64,000 bases of DNA from Octopus vulgaris (Eukaryota): positions 7,626,001 to 7,690,000 of the forward strand of contig OX597831.1 of assembly GCA_951406725.2 (NCBI GenBank). The letters run 5' to 3'. Below are positions 62,850 through 64,000 of the stretch, piece after piece. The position numbers and the translations under genes were made by a program. The notes below the pieces were generated by a model that saw only the letters and a list, made by a program, of their open reading frames with translations, was not told the origin of the DNA and made no database searches. The first letter of the stretch is position 1. Each line of letters opens with the position of its first letter.

Positions 62850-63896
62850 TTTATTATATAAGTGTATGTGTATATGTGTAAATATATATATACGCATACA
62901 TGTATGTGTGTGTATGTGCGTGTGTGTGTGTTTCAAAAATTTGACAAAAACACAACAAATGGAAAATTTTACAAAAAACAAAGCAGAAAATTCGTAGCTA
63001 ATTCCTCACCAGTCAACGTCCCAGAGATCATTACAATTTCGTGCCTTATGTCCAGCATGGCCGCAGTCTAATGACTAAGACAAGTAAAAGATAAAAGTTA
63101 TATAGACATACTTGTATGTATGCATGTATGATGTATATGTGTGTGTATATGTCTGTGTATGTGGCATCGTTATTCATTTCCAGGTATACTTTCGTTACAT
63201 GCGAGATGCTTCAGGTGTGGTGTCCTAAACCTTGAGAACTACTAACATATCTACGACTACACTTTGCAAACAAAATATCATAAACAACCGTGACCGTTGT
63301 ATAAGGAATAATAAAAACACGGCAGGCGAAGGTGAGCAGTCGGACTTTAAAGTTCGATTTCATAAGAAAAGAAGGAAAATTCATAATTTAATAAACAAAG
63401 GAAAACTGATGGAAAGTATATATGTATATATATGTTTTTATTATCGTTGAAATTAATATAGCCCAGAGTATGTTGATAAACCAAACAGAAATGAAATGTG
63501 TATATGTTGTTCTACTTACCTTCGAGTGTCAGATCAATATCTGCCACAGAGTTCGCCGATCACTAGTAACATACTTCCATAACAACCGAAAACTTATCAT
63601 CTGTGCCATAATGACTGACTACAAACAGTGTCAAGTTTTTAATTCACACACCGTCTAAAGTTGGATACAATCAAGTGGTTTATAGAAGCAGAGTAACTAG
63701 AATAATAAGAATTAATTATTCAGTCCGACAGCTGCTATGGCGATTGCGAACAGGTCCAAGGAAAGATTAAAAAAAAGAAAAGAAAAGAAAAGAAAAGGAA
63801 AAGCAACCTAGGGAAGCTGGAAAAGTATTTTTTCCAGTGAGTGTGCGCGCGTGTGTGTGTGTGTGTGTGTGTGTGCGTGTGTTGTGCGTGTATATG

Positions 63897-63934
<38 letters not shown>

Positions 63935-64000
63935 GGTGCGTTGTATATTGTAAAACGATGAGAAAGTAATGCAGTAGTGGACAACGAGTAGCTTCCAATA

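Overview
This is AT-rich eukaryotic genomic DNA dense in microsatellites, SINEs and LINE fragments. The repeat families look like those of an Octopus (coleoid cephalopod) genome; that is an inference, not a search result. One protein-coding gene dominates the window. It lies on the minus strand, and I assembled 10 coding exons by hand (49480-49012, 41326-41164, 30067-29913, 25782-25655, 21540-21256, 19648-19550, 10962-10777, 8348-8229, 7299-7156, 3397-3188). All introns are GT-AG with matching phases, giving 1959 nt or 653 codons with no stop, and the gene runs off the left edge. It encodes an N-terminal Neuralized (NHR) domain joined directly to a Roco ROC GTPase and the start of a COR domain, with no LRR, ankyrin or kinase domain upstream of ROC. 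The ROC has about 164 aa between G2 and G3, and its G4 reads THRN instead of THxD. That Asn codon (AAC) is one A-to-I edit away from the canonical Asp. The introns hold tRNA-derived SINEs with swapped heads and tails, RTE, CR1, R4-Dong, Penelope and Gypsy fragments, hAT, piggyBac and TcMar MITEs, two non-autonomous Helitron families, minisatellites and several fold-back palindromes. Most ORFs in the supplied track are repeat artefacts.
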